NCBI GenBank assembly: GCA_963759495.1
Contig: CAVWZL010000004.1
Location: 13,097 to 77,096 of the forward strand
Direction: 5' to 3'
DNA length: 64,000 nucleotides
From: an uncultured Chloroflexia bacterium
GTDB taxonomy: Bacteria > Chloroflexota > Limnocylindria > Limnocylindrales > CSP1-4
In this document: positions 1-10,016 of the stretch, piece by piece
Position numbering within the stretch: the stretch's first letter is position 1
Layout: each line of letters opens with the position of its first letter
Notes under the pieces: generated by a model
What the model was told of the DNA's origin: nothing
The model's database searches: none
Seen by the model: the letters and a program-made list of their open reading frames with translations, nothing else
Position numbers and translations under genes: made by a program

Positions 1-83
1 GCGAGGCAGGCCGCCCGGCCGATGACGCGCGGCGGCGGCGCCCGAATGGACGCCGCCGCCTGGAACCGGGAGGGGAGGAGGAG

Positions 84-1018
84 TCAACCCTTCACGGCGC
101 CGCCGGTGATGCCCCGCACGAAGTAGCGCTGCAGGGAGACGAAGACGATGATCGGCACGACCATCGAGACGAACGCGGCCGCCGTCAGGAACTGCCAGCC
201 GCCGCCGAAGGACGTGGTGAGGTTCGCCAGCACGACGGACAACGGGTGGTTCCTGCGGTTCGCCGCCGAGGTACACCAGGGCCACGAGCAGGTCGTTCCA
301 GACCCAGAGGAACTGGAAGATGGCCAGCGAGGCGAGTCGCCGGCACGCTCATCGGCAGGGCCAGGCGGAAGAAGACGGTGGCCGGGCTCGCGCCGTCGAT
401 GGCGCGCCGACTCGAAGACCTCCCGTGGCAGCGCCGCCGAAGTAGTTGCGCAGCAGGTAGATCGCGAACGGCAGGCCGTAGCCCGGTGTGCGCCAGCCAG
501 ACGCGCGAGGAACGTGCCGTTGATCCGATCCCGCCGACTGGCAGTCGCGGAAGCAGCTTGAGGACCGGGATGAAGCGTGATCTGCAGCGGCACGACGAGC
601 AGGCCGACGACCACGACGAACAGGAAGTTGCGCCCGGGGAATTCCATCCACGCGAATGCGTACGCGGCGAAGGCGGCGAGCGATCACGCGATGATCGTCG
701 CCGGGACGTGATGATGAAGCTGTTGATGAACGCCTGGCCCATGCCGCACGCCCGAGGACGTGCTGCGTAGTTCTCGAGCGTGAATTGCCACGGCGGGAGG
801 AACGCCGTCCACCAGCCGCTGGTGCGAGATCGCCGCCGCGGGCCGGAACGAGCTGACCAGCAGGCCGAGCGTCGGGATCAGCCCAGATCGACCAGATCGC
901 GAGCAGCGACAGCGTGCAGCAGCGAGGCGGCCCTCGGGCCGTGACGCGCCGTCGTCTGGTGGCCGCGTCGTGTGCGACGGCGGTGCGCGCGACTGGCGCG
1001 GCTGACCGCTGCCGTCAT
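84..1018 (-). pseudogene. ABC carbohydrate transporter permease (MalG-like, BPD_transp_1), frame-disrupted
   Basis: The ATG at 1018 overlaps the upstream stop (ATGA). The pieces 'MTAAVSRA', 'GMGQAFINSFIIT', 'FFRLALPMSVPA' and the C-terminus 'GGGWQFLTAAAFVSMVVPIIVFVSLQRYFVRGITGGAVKG*' lie in different minus-strand frames (ORFs 84-647, 185-742, 684-1841). The 935-nt span is not a multiple of 3. Confidence 0.7.
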
Positions 1019-1993
1019 CGGATCGCCTCCTGCTCGCGGAAGCGCCGGATGTTGATAGACATGACCGGGATGATCGCGAGCAGCAGGACCACGGCGGTCG
1101 CGCTGGCCCGTCCGGGTTGGCCGAAAGTCGAACAGCTGCTTGTACATGCGGTTCGCGATGACGTCGGTGTCGAAGTTGCCGTTGGTCATCGATGTAGACG
1201 ACGTCGAACGTCTTGAGGGCGAAGATGACCACGGTCGTCGCGACGACCGCAATGGTCGGGAGCGAGCAGGGGCAGAGACGATCCGCGCGGAAGACCTGCC
1301 ACTCGTTCGCGCCGTCGACCCGCGCCGCCTCGAGCAGCTCGGCGCTGATGCCCTTCAGGCCGGCCGACAGGATGACCATCGCGAAGCCGGTCAGCATCCA
1401 CGCGCCCGACGACGATGAGCGCAACAGTGTTGTTCGAGGGCCGTGACCGCGGAGCCAGGCGACGGGATCGCATGCCGACGGCCGTGACGGCCGCGTTGAG
1501 GATGCCCGACGTTCGGGGTCGAAGTCGTACATGAAGCTCCAGATCACCGCCGCCGCCACGAAGCTGATGGCGAGGGGCAGGAAGATCGATCGACTTGGCC
1601 ACCGCCTCGTAGCGGACGCGGTCGACCAGCATGGCGATGAGCAGGCCGAGCCCGACCACGAGCGCGGCAGGAGGACCACCCAGATGCAGTTGTTGCGCAG
1701 CGCGTCGAGCGTGTCGCGTCTGGTTGAAGAACCGACGTAGTTGTCCAGGCCGATGAAGTCGTTGTCCCGGCTCGGTTCTGGAAGCTCGCGGACGATCGTG
1801 GCGATCGTCGGGTAGACGAGGAAGACGACGAGGAAGGTCAACCGCGGGCAGCAGCCACAGCCACGGCCGCGAGCTGTCGGCCGCGCGTCGCGGCGAGCGC
1901 CGGACGACCCCCTCGATCAGCAGGATGTAGCCGATCAGAACGACCGGGACGATGCCGATCGCGAATCACCGCCGAGGATGATCTCAGATCCAT
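1015..1993 (-). pseudogene. ABC carbohydrate transporter permease (MalF-like), frame-disrupted
   Basis: ATG at 1993 with GGAGG 8 nt upstream. Family-typical pieces 'TFLVVFLVYPTIATIV', 'AELLEAARVDGANEWQVFR', 'NGNFDTDVIANRMYKQLFDF' and the C-terminus 'LAIIPVMSINIRRFREQEAIR*' are spread over three frames. Confidence 0.7.
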
Positions 1994-2050
1994 CGCAGCG
2001 CCCTCCTATGGAGGAACGAGGCCGGCGGCGCCGGCCGCCGGCCCGTCCCG

Positions 2051-3469
2051 TTAACAGACGCTACTCGCGTAGGCGCGTCTGCCTGGACGGCGTCGAGGTC
2101 GGCCAGGATCGAGTCGAGATTCGCGGGGTCTGGTGCGACGTCGACCATGGCGCTCGAAGAACGCGCGCCTCATAGCCGCCGGCATCAGGTCGCCGCGCGT
2201 CGAACCGGAAGGTCTCGCGCGGTGACAGGATCTCGGCCGACTTGCGCGACACATCGTCCGGGTAGGACCGAGGTCGGCACGTTCTTGTTGGCCGAGATGA
2301 ACCCGCCGCGCTCGACCCAGATCTGCCTGGGCCTCGGCCGTGATCAGGTACTGGATCAGCGAGCGCGCCTGCGGCGTGTCGTTGAACATGCCGAACAGGT
2401 CGCCGCCGCCGGTGATCGCGCCGGCGTACTGCCGGGTCGATGTCGGGCATGACGAAGAAGTCGTACTCGCCCTCCGTCGCGCCCCCGGCCTCCTTGAAGA
2501 ACGTCGGTGATGAAGCTCGCCTGGTGGATGGAACAGGCAGCCGGGCGGGTCGGCGAACAGCGGGCTTGCACCCCGTTGCCGAAGTTCGTCGCGTTGACGA
2601 ACGTCCGCCGCCGGCGCGTCTGGCCGATCACTTCGCCGAACGCCTCGAACGCCGCCTTGATGGCGGGATCGGTCCACTTGGTGTCGCCCGCGACCCAGCT
2701 GTCGTAGACATCGGGGCCGGACTGGCGGAGCACGAAGTCCTCGATCCAGTCGGTGCCCGGCCAGCCGGAGTCGCCGCCCGACTCGAGGCCGATGCACCAC
2801 AGGCTTCGCGTCGCCGGATCGGCACTTGCCGCCGCGGTCTTGAGCTCGTCCCAGGTGGCCGGCTCGCCGTCCCGTCGTAGGTCTCGGTGTTGTACCAGAT
2901 CAGGCCCTTGACGGCGGCCTTGGTGAAGATGCCGCGAGCTTGCCGTCGACGGCCTGCCGAGGGCCGCGAAGCCCGGTGGGGTCGCTGCCTCGTAGGCGGC
3001 GAGGTCGACGAAGTCGAGCGGCTTGAGGGTGCCCGTCGGCATACCACTGCTGCATCAGGCCCGGACCCGGAAGGCCGGCCACGTCGGGCAGGTTGCCGCC
3101 GGCGATCGCCGCCGTCAGCGCCCCGGCAAGGTCGCGCTGGCCGGTGTAATTCATGGTCACGCCCGTGCACTCAAGCCACGGGGCCATCATCGCGTCGAAG
3201 TTGTCCTGCTCGGCGCCAGTCCAGGTCGCATAGACCGTGACCTCCCCGCCAATGTTCTCGCAGGTGAAGCCCGTGCCTGCGCCCGGGCTGCCGCCGGCGC
3301 TCGGGCTGCCGCCCGGTTCGGACGTGGCGGGCGCCGCACTGGTGCCTCCACCCGTGGTTGCGCCGGGCGCGGCTGTGCCGCCTCCGCCACCGCCGCACGC
3401 CGCAACGGCAATGGCCGCTGCGCCGAACAGCGCGACGAGCCGGCGTCGCCGGCCCTGGTAGCTCGCCAT
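2051..3469 (-). pseudogene. Sugar ABC transporter substrate-binding lipoprotein, frame-disrupted
   Basis: ATG at 3469 with AAGGAG upstream and a lipobox-like signal 'LVALFGAAAIAVAACGGGG'. The pieces 'VTVYATWTGAEQDNFDAMMAPWLECTGV', 'WPGTDWIEDFVLRQSGPDVYDSWVAGDTKWTDPAIKAAFEAFGEV' and 'YAGAITGGGDLFGMFNDTPQARSLIQYLITAEAQ' occur in different frames (ORFs 2900-3469, 2356-3042, 2051-2800). The 3' end is uncertain (2051 or 2061). Confidence 0.7.
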
Positions 3470-3528
3470 GTGCTTCTCCTTTCACGGGCCGCCGCTTGCT
3501 GCAGCGCGCCCACTCCTCCTGGTCCGGG

Positions 3529-4569
3529 TCAGCTGATGCGCCGATCCCGGTGCGTCGACGGTGGGGCCGTCGAACCTCGAACGATGAGCTCGGTTGGAAG
3601 CAGCGTCCGCTGCGGCACGGCCCGATCGGCGATCCGATCGAGGAGTGCCCGTCCGGCAGCCTGCCCGAGCTCGAAGGCCGGCAGCCGGACCGTGGTGAGT
3701 GGGGGATCGAAGTAGGCGGCGAGCGGAATGTCGTCGAACCCGACGATCGAGATGTCGTCGGGCACGCGCCGGTTGGCCTCGCGCAGGGCGCCGAACGCGC
3801 CGAGGGTCAGGACGTCGCTGGCCACGAACATCGCGGTGAAGGACGTCCGCTGCAGCAGCTCGGCCGTCGCGTTGGCCCCGCTTGCGGCGTCGAAGGCGCC
3901 TTCGGCAACGAGGTCCTGCTCGAAGGGAACGCCGGCCGCCGCGAGCGCCTCCCGGTATCCGTTGAGCCGCTCCCGAGCCGAGGTGTACGTCAGCCGCGCG
4001 TTGGTCACGCAGGCAATCCGGCGATGTCCGAGGGACAGCAGATGCTCGACCGCGCCGCGCGCGCCCGCCACGTTGTCGACGTCGACGCTCGGCACGGCGA
4101 GACCCGGCAGGAAGCCCTGGAGGACCAGTGGAAAGTCGTCGGTCACGAGCTCGGCGAGCGATGGGTCATCGAGGCGCGGCCCCGACACGATCAGTCCGTC
4201 GGCGTGCTGCGAGCGAAGCAGCCGGTCGTAGGTGCCCTCCGGTGCGAGGGGCTCCACCATCACCCGCGATCCCGCTGCACGAGCCGCGGACGCCAGGCCC
4301 CGCAACGTCTCGGCCAGGACCGCGTCGCCCGCAACCTGCTCGGCGGACTGCCGCAGCACGAGGCCGAGGATGTGGCTCCGGCCGCCGGCCAGCTGGCGGG
4401 CGGGGGCGTGCGGATGGTAGCCGAGCTCGGACGCGGCCCTGAACACGCGCTGGCGAGTCTCGTCGCTGATCTGGATATCGGTCCGGTAGTTCAGCACGAA
4501 GGACACCGTCGTCCGCGACACGCCCGCCCGCGTAGCCACGTCCGCGCTCGTCGGTCGCGCTCGGGCCAT
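3529..4569 (-). CDS. LacI-family transcriptional regulator
   Basis: Intact ORF. N-terminal HTH 'RPTSADVATRAGVSRTTVSFVLN' followed by a periplasmic-binding-protein-like sugar-binding core. ATG at 4569 with GGAGG 10 nt upstream; the ORF track opens at TTG 4578. It lies first in the same-strand run with the ABC transporter genes. Confidence 0.9.
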   Translation of the reverse strand: MARARPTSADVATRAGVSRTTVSFVLNYRTDIQISDETRQRVFRAASELGYHPHAPARQLAGGRSHILGLVLRQSAEQVAGDAVLAETLRGLASAARAAGSRVMVEPLAPEGTYDRLLRSQHADGLIVSGPRLDDPSLAELVTDDFPLVLQGFLPGLAVPSVDVDNVAGARGAVEHLLSLGHRRIACVTNARLTYTSARERLNGYREALAAAGVPFEQDLVAEGAFDAASGANATAELLQRTSFTAMFVASDVLTLGAFGALREANRRVPDDISIVGFDDIPLAAYFDPPLTTVRLPAFELGQAAGRALLDRIADRAVPQRTLLPTELIVRGSTAPPSTHRDRRIS

Positions 4570-4630
4570 CGCACACAAGCCTCCATCCGTGCCCGACTAC
4601 GTCGCGACGGCCTCCTCCGACCATGTCGAC

Positions 4631-4655
4631 TAACGCGCGTCAGTAACGCGCATTA
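4631..4655. promoter_or_regulatory. Two tandem near-palindromic 12-mers, candidate LacI-type operators
   Basis: TAACGCGCGTCA (4631-4642) and TAACGCGCATTA (4644-4655). In each, 5 of 6 half-site positions are self-complementary around a central CG. They sit about 60 nt upstream of the lacI-family start. Confidence 0.35.
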
Positions 4656-4778
4656 ATCCACGCGACCGTAGGCGCGTCAAGACACAAACGGCCGCCGCGC
4701 GCCACGTCCCGGTACTGCCGTGTGGCGCTGGGCGCGTCCGTGCACCCCGTGCGCGATCCGGCTCGGACCCCTGCTACC

Positions 4779-5573
4779 ATGGCGGCCGATCCGCCACCGT
4801 TCCGTCGGGAGTCGCCACTCGTGCCACTCGACTTTCTCAAGCGCCGCGGCAACCAGGACGACCAGGCCGCCGCCGCGTCGACGCCGACCCCCTCGACGGC
4901 CCTGCCCGAGGAGATCGTCGCCCAGGAGTACCAGCTCAAGCTCTACTACGCGGGCAAAAGCAGCGAGGGCGTCCGGATGAAGGCCGGCCCCAACGCGATG
5001 AACGAGCTGCCCTCGATGCTGGCGGGTCTGGGCAAGAGCGAGGTCGAGGTCGTCGAGCCGCTGCCGATCGAGTTCAGCCAGGCGACGCCGACGATCGTCC
5101 GTCCGTCCGAGGCCATGCAGTGGCTCAACGCCCACCACATCCATTCGCCGATCACGCGCCACGCGCTCGTCGTCCTCGAGTCGATCGACGCGGTCGATCT
5201 TGCGTTCGACACCTTCGTCTGCACCCTGCTCGATGGTGAGACCGATACCTCCGGCTACCCCGAGTACAACGCGGTCATCGGTGGCGTCGCCTCGCACTGG
5301 GACGAGGCAACCGGCGACATGGTGTGCCGGGGCGTCGTCGGCTGGGGCGGTCGCGGCGTGCGTGGTGACACGGACCGGATTGGAGCCAAGCTGCTGGCCG
5401 GCATACTCACCAACATCCTCGCGAGCCAGTACGCGCTCGGGATCACGAGCATCGAACGGCCGGTGCCCGCAGCGGGGCGGGGCGGCCTGGTCTGCGCCCA
5501 TTGCGGCTTCGCATCTGCCCACGAGCGCGCGTTCTACTGCCCCAAGTGCGGCATGCGCCTCCTTCGCGGCTGA
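4779..5573 (+). CDS. Hypothetical protein with a C-terminal zinc ribbon
   Basis: Intact ORF (the track opens at GTG 4722; the first ATG is at 4779). Ordinary non-shadow amino-acid composition. C-terminus 'CAHCGFASAHERAFYCPKCG' (CxxC-x11-CxxC). I recognise no family. Confidence 0.6.
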   Translation: MAADPPPFRRESPLVPLDFLKRRGNQDDQAAAASTPTPSTALPEEIVAQEYQLKLYYAGKSSEGVRMKAGPNAMNELPSMLAGLGKSEVEVVEPLPIEFSQATPTIVRPSEAMQWLNAHHIHSPITRHALVVLESIDAVDLAFDTFVCTLLDGETDTSGYPEYNAVIGGVASHWDEATGDMVCRGVVGWGGRGVRGDTDRIGAKLLAGILTNILASQYALGITSIERPVPAAGRGGLVCAHCGFASAHERAFYCPKCGMRLLRG

Positions 5574-5584
5574 CCGAACCGTCC

Positions 5585-5980
5585 ATGCCGACCTACGACT
5601 ACGCGTGTGTCGCGTGCGGCACCCGGTTCGAGGTGGTCCATGGCGTCTTCGCCGAGGGCCCGACCGCGTGCCGCAACTGCGGGGGCGGACCCGTTCGGAA
5701 GGCGTTCGTGGCGCCAACCGTCCTGTTCAAGGGGTCGGGCTGGGCCAAGATGGATCGACGAACCGCGCCCGCCTCGAAGGGATCCGGCACGAGCAGTGAC
5801 GAGGCTGCGAAGCCCTCGAAGGACGGCGCCGGCGACTCCGCGACACCGGCGGCATCGGGTTCGAGCAGTGACGGCGGATCGTCGAACTCGACCTCCTCGT
5901 CGTCGACGGACGCGTCCTCGAAGCCGTCCTCGACGCCGGCTTCGTCCTCCTCCTCGTCCTCGACGACCAGCAACGACTGA
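5585..5980 (+). CDS. FmdB-family zinc-ribbon protein (CxxC_CxxC_SSSS type) with a Ser/Thr-rich tail
   Basis: 'MPTYDYACVACGTRFEVVHGVFAEGPTACRNCGGGPVRKAF' is the typical N-terminal signature. ATG at 5585. The tail is S/T/G/D-rich. Confidence 0.85.
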   Translation: MPTYDYACVACGTRFEVVHGVFAEGPTACRNCGGGPVRKAFVAPTVLFKGSGWAKMDRRTAPASKGSGTSSDEAAKPSKDGAGDSATPAASGSSSDGGSSNSTSSSSTDASSKPSSTPASSSSSSSTTSND

Positions 5981-6219
5981 TGCCCGCCGCGACCGACTGG
6001 ATCACGCTCGCCGAGGCAGCCGAGATCCTCGCCGCGTCGAACGTGCATTTTGCGCCGGCGACGATCGGTGGTTGGGCCCGCGCGGGACGCCTGCAGAGCA
6101 TCAAGCTGGGGGGACGGCGCTTCGTCCGCCGTGGCGAACTGCGCGCGCTGATTGCCGGGCCGCGCCGGGTTCGGGTCGACGACGTGCAGCCGAGCCTCTT
6201 TGAGGACCTGCGGGGCTGA
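5980..6219 (+). CDS. Excisionase/MerR-like helix-turn-helix DNA-binding protein
   Basis: The ATG overlaps the fmdB stop (TGATG). 'WITLAEAAEILAASNVHFAPATIGGWARAGRLQSIKLGGRRFVRRGEL' matches the excisionase-family HTH pattern. Confidence 0.7.
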   Translation: MPAATDWITLAEAAEILAASNVHFAPATIGGWARAGRLQSIKLGGRRFVRRGELRALIAGPRRVRVDDVQPSLFEDLRG

Positions 6220-6229
6220 CCCGCCGCTG

Positions 6230-7099
6230 GTGAACCCGCGGTCCGTCCTCGAGCGTCTCCTCGCGACCCCGGCGGTCGACTTTGCCAAGAACGTGCTCGA
6301 CGTCTATGGGGGCGTGGCGGGCGGGCTGCTCGCAAACGGCCTGGCGTACGCGGCGTTGTTTGCGTCGCTTCCCACGGTCCTGCTCGTCCTCGGATTCGCC
6401 GGGTACATCGCGAGCGATTCCACTCTCCAGCAGGAGCTCGCCTCGCGGCTCGCGGCCACGTTCCCGCCCCTCGCCGAGCTGATCGATGAGGCGATGGCCG
6501 CCCTTGCGACGGGCGCCGGGGTGAGCTCCATCCTCGGCCTCATCGGCCTGATCTGGGGCGTGAGCCAGTTCTACGCGACGCTCGACACGGCCTTCGCGCG
6601 GATCTTCAGCGGGACGCCCGAGCGGGACATCGCACGGCGGACACTGCGCGGCTTCCTGTGGGTGCTGGCTCTCGTTGCAATCGTCGTCGCGGCGGTCGCC
6701 GTCGGCTCGATCTCCACGTTCGTTGCGACGTTGCTGCCGGGCCAGTTCCCGACCGCGGGCACGATCGCGGACATCATTGGCTCGCCGCTGGTCATGCTGG
6801 CGATCGCCATCGGCGTAGTGGCCGTGGCGTTCCGCGTCCTGCCAGTCGATCCCCCGAGCTGGCGCTCGATCCTGCCGTTCGCCGCGGTCGTGGGCATTGC
6901 CATCGCCCTGCTGACACAGGCGTTCAGCATGCTCGTACCGCTCCTGGTCGGGGCTGCCGCGGTCGTCGGGTCGCTGGCTGCGGCCTTCATCGCCCTCGCC
7001 TGGCTGTCGTTCGTGTTCCAGATCCTGCTGATCGGTGCCTCGTGCGTGCGCGTCGCAGAGGACCGCGCGACTGCCCGAGGTGTCGCCGCGACGCCCTGA
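6230..7099 (+). CDS. YihY/BrkB-family membrane protein
   Basis: 'LLANGLAYAALFASLPTVLLVLGF', 'GLIGLIWGVSQFYATLDTAFARIF' and multiple TM segments. The start is ambiguous: GTG 6230 is preferred, while ATG 6152 would overlap the HTH gene. Confidence 0.8.
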   Translation: MNPRSVLERLLATPAVDFAKNVLDVYGGVAGGLLANGLAYAALFASLPTVLLVLGFAGYIASDSTLQQELASRLAATFPPLAELIDEAMAALATGAGVSSILGLIGLIWGVSQFYATLDTAFARIFSGTPERDIARRTLRGFLWVLALVAIVVAAVAVGSISTFVATLLPGQFPTAGTIADIIGSPLVMLAIAIGVVAVAFRVLPVDPPSWRSILPFAAVVGIAIALLTQAFSMLVPLLVGAAAVVGSLAAAFIALAWLSFVFQILLIGASCVRVAEDRATARGVAATP

Positions 7100-7959
7100 C
7101 CGAGTTCGGGCTCCTTCGAGCAGAAGGTATCCGATCGAGAACCAATTGCCGGGGGCTTGGCGAGCGGAAGGACCCTCGGCTGGCAGGGTCGTCGAGGTAG
7201 ACCGTCCGTCGCCGGGCGCAGCCGGATTGAACGCGGCCCTCTGCGTCGTCGGCGTCAGCCCTGGGTCTGCGGCGTGCCGCAACGGCGGCAGAACCGGGCC
7301 GTGGCGGAGAGCGACAGCCCGCAGTTGACGCATGGCTGCGCCGCGGCCGGGGCGGGCTTGCCGCCCGGGAGGGAGCCATTGCCGCCCGGGGCTGTTCCGA
7401 GCACTTCCTGGTTGGATGCAGCCCACAGCGACTCGATGCCACCGCCCTGGACGATCGGGCGACCGAGGATCGTGTTCGGCCGCGGCGTCTGGCGCGGCGC
7501 CGTGGGCCATTGCGGCTGGTTCGGCCACTGCGGCTGCGCCGGCCACTCTGGTGGGGTCTGTGGGCGGCTCTCCGGTGTCGGAGCGGCCGTCGCCGCGATG
7601 CCCTGGTCTGCCGTCACGTCGCTGTCGGGTGCGACCGGCAGCCAGACCGGTTGCGCGATCCGGTCGTCGACCGGAGCCTCAGCCTCCGGCGCGACCTCGG
7701 CGTCGGCGAGGACCGGCTCCGCGGTAGCCGCGATGTCGCCTTCCACCTCCACCGGGACCGGCTCTGCAGTCAGGGCCGGCAGGTCGGCAGCGGTGGGAAT
7801 GGGCTCCAGCTCGGTCTCGCCCTGCGCCTCGGCGGCGACAGGCTCCTGCTCGGCTGCGCCGTCGAGGTCGGCCGGTGCCTCCGTCTGGGCGCGCTCGAAT
7901 GCCGCGAGGGCCTCTTCGAGGGTCTGGTCGGAACGCTGCCCGATCAGCTGGGACGCCGC

Positions 7960-8560
7960 CCGCGGCCCCGGCTCGGCAACGGCCTCGGGCTCCGGCTCTG
8001 CCTCGGCAACGACCTCGGGCTCCGGCTCTGCCTCGGCAACGAGCTCGGGCTCTGCCTCGGCAACGAGCTCCGGCTCTGCAACGGCCTCGGGCTCCGGCTC
8101 TGCTGGGCCACGAGCTCCCGGCTCTGCAACGGCCTCGGGCTCCGGCTCTGCCTCGGCCACGAGCTCCGGCTCTGCCTCGGCCTCGGCAACGGCCTCGGGC
8201 TCCGGCTCTGCCTCGGCCACGAGCTGCCTTAGGCTCGGCCTCGGCAACGGCCTCGGGCTCCGCCTCTGGCCACGAGCTCCGGCTCGGCAACGGCCTCGGG
8301 CTCCGGCTCTGCCACGGCCCAGCTCCGGCTCGGCAACGGCCTCGGTCGCTCTGCCTCGGGCTCTGCCTCGGCAACGGCCTCGGGCTCGGGCTCTGCCTCG
8401 GCCACGAGCTCCGGCTCTGCAACGGCCTCGGGCTCTGCCTCGGCACGAGCTGGCTCTGCCTCGGCAACGGCTCGGCCTCAGGCTCGGCCTCGGCAACGGC
8501 CTCGGGCTCCGGCTCTTCCTCGGCAACGGCCTCTGGCTCGGCCTCGGCGATGGCCTCAGG
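7960..8560. repeat. Degenerate tandem repeat (about 30-nt unit, encodes EAEPEPEAVA-type tracts on the minus strand), array B
   Basis: Iterated ggcaacggcctcgggctccggctctgcctc-type units with many small length variants. The acidic reading hops among all three minus frames. Confidence 0.8.
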
Positions 8561-8744
8561 GATCGGTGTCTCATCCGTCAGATCGAGCGATCGCAGCCTG
8601 GCGGAAAGGTCGATCTCCTCCACGTCGTCCGCGGGGTCGAACGCGACGGCCTCGGGCTCTGGCTCGCTGTCGAAGTCGTCAACGACAACGACCCGCTCAG
8701 CCGCAGTCTCTGCGACCGCTCAACGGCTCGGCTCAACATGCTCT

Positions 8745-9262
8745 CCGGCTCCGCCTCGATCGGCTCGGCAACAGCCTCCGGCTCCGCCTCGATCGGCTCG
8801 GCAACAGCCTCCGGCTCCGCCTCGATCGGCTCGGCAACAGCCTCCGGCTCCGCCTCGATCGGCTCGGCAACGGCCTCCGGCTCCGCCTCGACCTCGGCGA
8901 CCGCCTCGATCGGCTCGGCAACGGCCTCCGGCTCCGCCTCGACCTCGGCGACCGCCTCGATCGGCTCGGCAACAGCCTCCGGCTCCGCCTCGACCTCGGC
9001 GACCGCCTCGATCGGCTCGGCAACGGCCTCCGGCTCCGCCTCGATCTCGGCGACCGCCTCGATCGGCTCGGCGACGGCCTCCGGCTCCGCCTCGATCTCG
9101 GCGACCGCCTCGATCGGCTCGGCAACGGCCTCCGGCTCCGCCTCGACCTCGGCGACCGCCTCGATCGGCTCGGCAACGGCCTCCGGCTCCGCCTCGATCT
9201 CGGCGACCGCCTCGATCGGCTCGGCAACGGCCTCCGGCTCCGCCTCGATCGGCTCGGCAACG
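8745..9262. repeat. Near-perfect tandem repeat with 33-nt and 51-nt units (EPIEAEPEAVA / EPIEAVAE[VI]EAEPEAVA on the minus strand), array A
   Basis: On the plus strand there are about 4 copies of ctccggctccgcctcgatcggctcggcaac[ag]gc, then about 7 copies carrying an extra ctcga[ct]ctcggcgaccgc insert, then one short copy. A single minus frame is kept throughout. Confidence 0.9.
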
Positions 9263-10016
9263 GCCGTGGGCTCGGAGGGCGCGCCATCGGCAAGGTCGAG
9301 CGACCGCAACCGGGCGGACAGGTCGATCTCCTCGACCTCCAGGTCGGTGGCCTCGACGGTCTCGGGTTCCGGGACGGCGTTCATGTCGAACTCGGGCCAC
9401 GCCGTCGGCCCATCCACAACCCCGGCCGGGCCGGCGGGCGGCTCGGCGATCGCACCCATTGGCCCGTTGACGGCCAGGGTGGGGAACGGAGCCGGCATGA
9501 TCTCGCGGCCAAGTTGCGGCGAGCAGGTCAGGCAGCGGCCTTCCGCCTCGTTCCAGCAATTCGCGCACGTGTACTGCCGGCACGACATGCAGAAGTTGAA
9601 TGTGGTGTGGAACGCGTCGAGCTGCTGCGTCGTGACCGCGCGATCCGCGTCGCTGCGGGCGGCGGCCATCGCCTCGCCGACGCTCGAGTCGTCCGACAGG
9701 ACGAAGTTCTTCAGCCCCCGACCGAGCACCTTGAGGCCGCGGAGGGGCTTCACGCGCGGAGCCGCGGACTCGAAGGTGTAGCGAGTCCCGCAGCGCTCGC
9801 AGAAGGACTCGGTGAGGATCTCGGGCATCTGGTCCCCGGGAAGCTGGACAGGCGCGTTCAGGACGGCAGGTCCGAACAGTCCGAGAGTATAGCGCGGGGT
9901 CTTGGTGGCTCCCGGGACGTCGGTACGGGCGAAGCCACGCGGATGGTCCCGTCGCGTGCTCGAAATGGGCCGCCGCCGGGCCTGCACCGGACCCTCTGGT
10001 ATCGTCGCCTGCGACC

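Larger units (their letters stand above)
7255..9828 (-). pseudogene. Large zinc-ribbon protein with two acidic tandem-repeat arrays; the frame is broken at about 8705 and several times in array B
   Basis: ATG at 9828, 'MPEILTESFCERCGTRYTF'. The N-terminal module has four CxxC pairs (CERC, CMSC, CANC, CLTC). The unit [EEIDLSARLRSLDL(A/T)D + E/P/A/V-rich repeats] occurs twice. The C-terminus is 'CVNCGLSLSATARFCRRCGTPQTQG*'. The pieces lie in ORFs 8578-10716, 7679-8623 and 7255-8574. Confidence 0.65.

Noticed and set aside
1-83. Possible gene fragment at the left edge (plus-strand ATG at 22; GGAGG-like run at 68-83).
   Set aside because: It is too short and has no recognisable motif. The GGAGG-rich run is not followed by a start codon in a sustained frame.
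5980-6219. Excisionase-family HTH as an indicator of a prophage or integrative element.
   Set aside because: There is no integrase, recombinase, phage structural or conjugation gene nearby. The gene is translationally coupled to a housekeeping-type FmdB zinc-ribbon gene.
8745-9262. Possible CRISPR array, given the regular 33/51-nt periodicity.
   Set aside because: There are no unique spacers; the whole unit repeats. No cas genes are in the window. The repeats keep one open reading frame encoding EPIEAEPEAVA-type peptides.
7157-9781. Uninterrupted 874-aa plus-strand ORF (S/G/A/T-rich, 'SGSASATASGS...') covering both repeat arrays.
   Set aside because: It is antisense to a gene with recognisable zinc-ribbon modules at both ends. 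Its residue character switches (SGSA to LGLGNGL to PRAPALP) at the same indel positions. It stays open only because the GC-rich repeats lack stop codons in that frame. I treat it as a shadow ORF.
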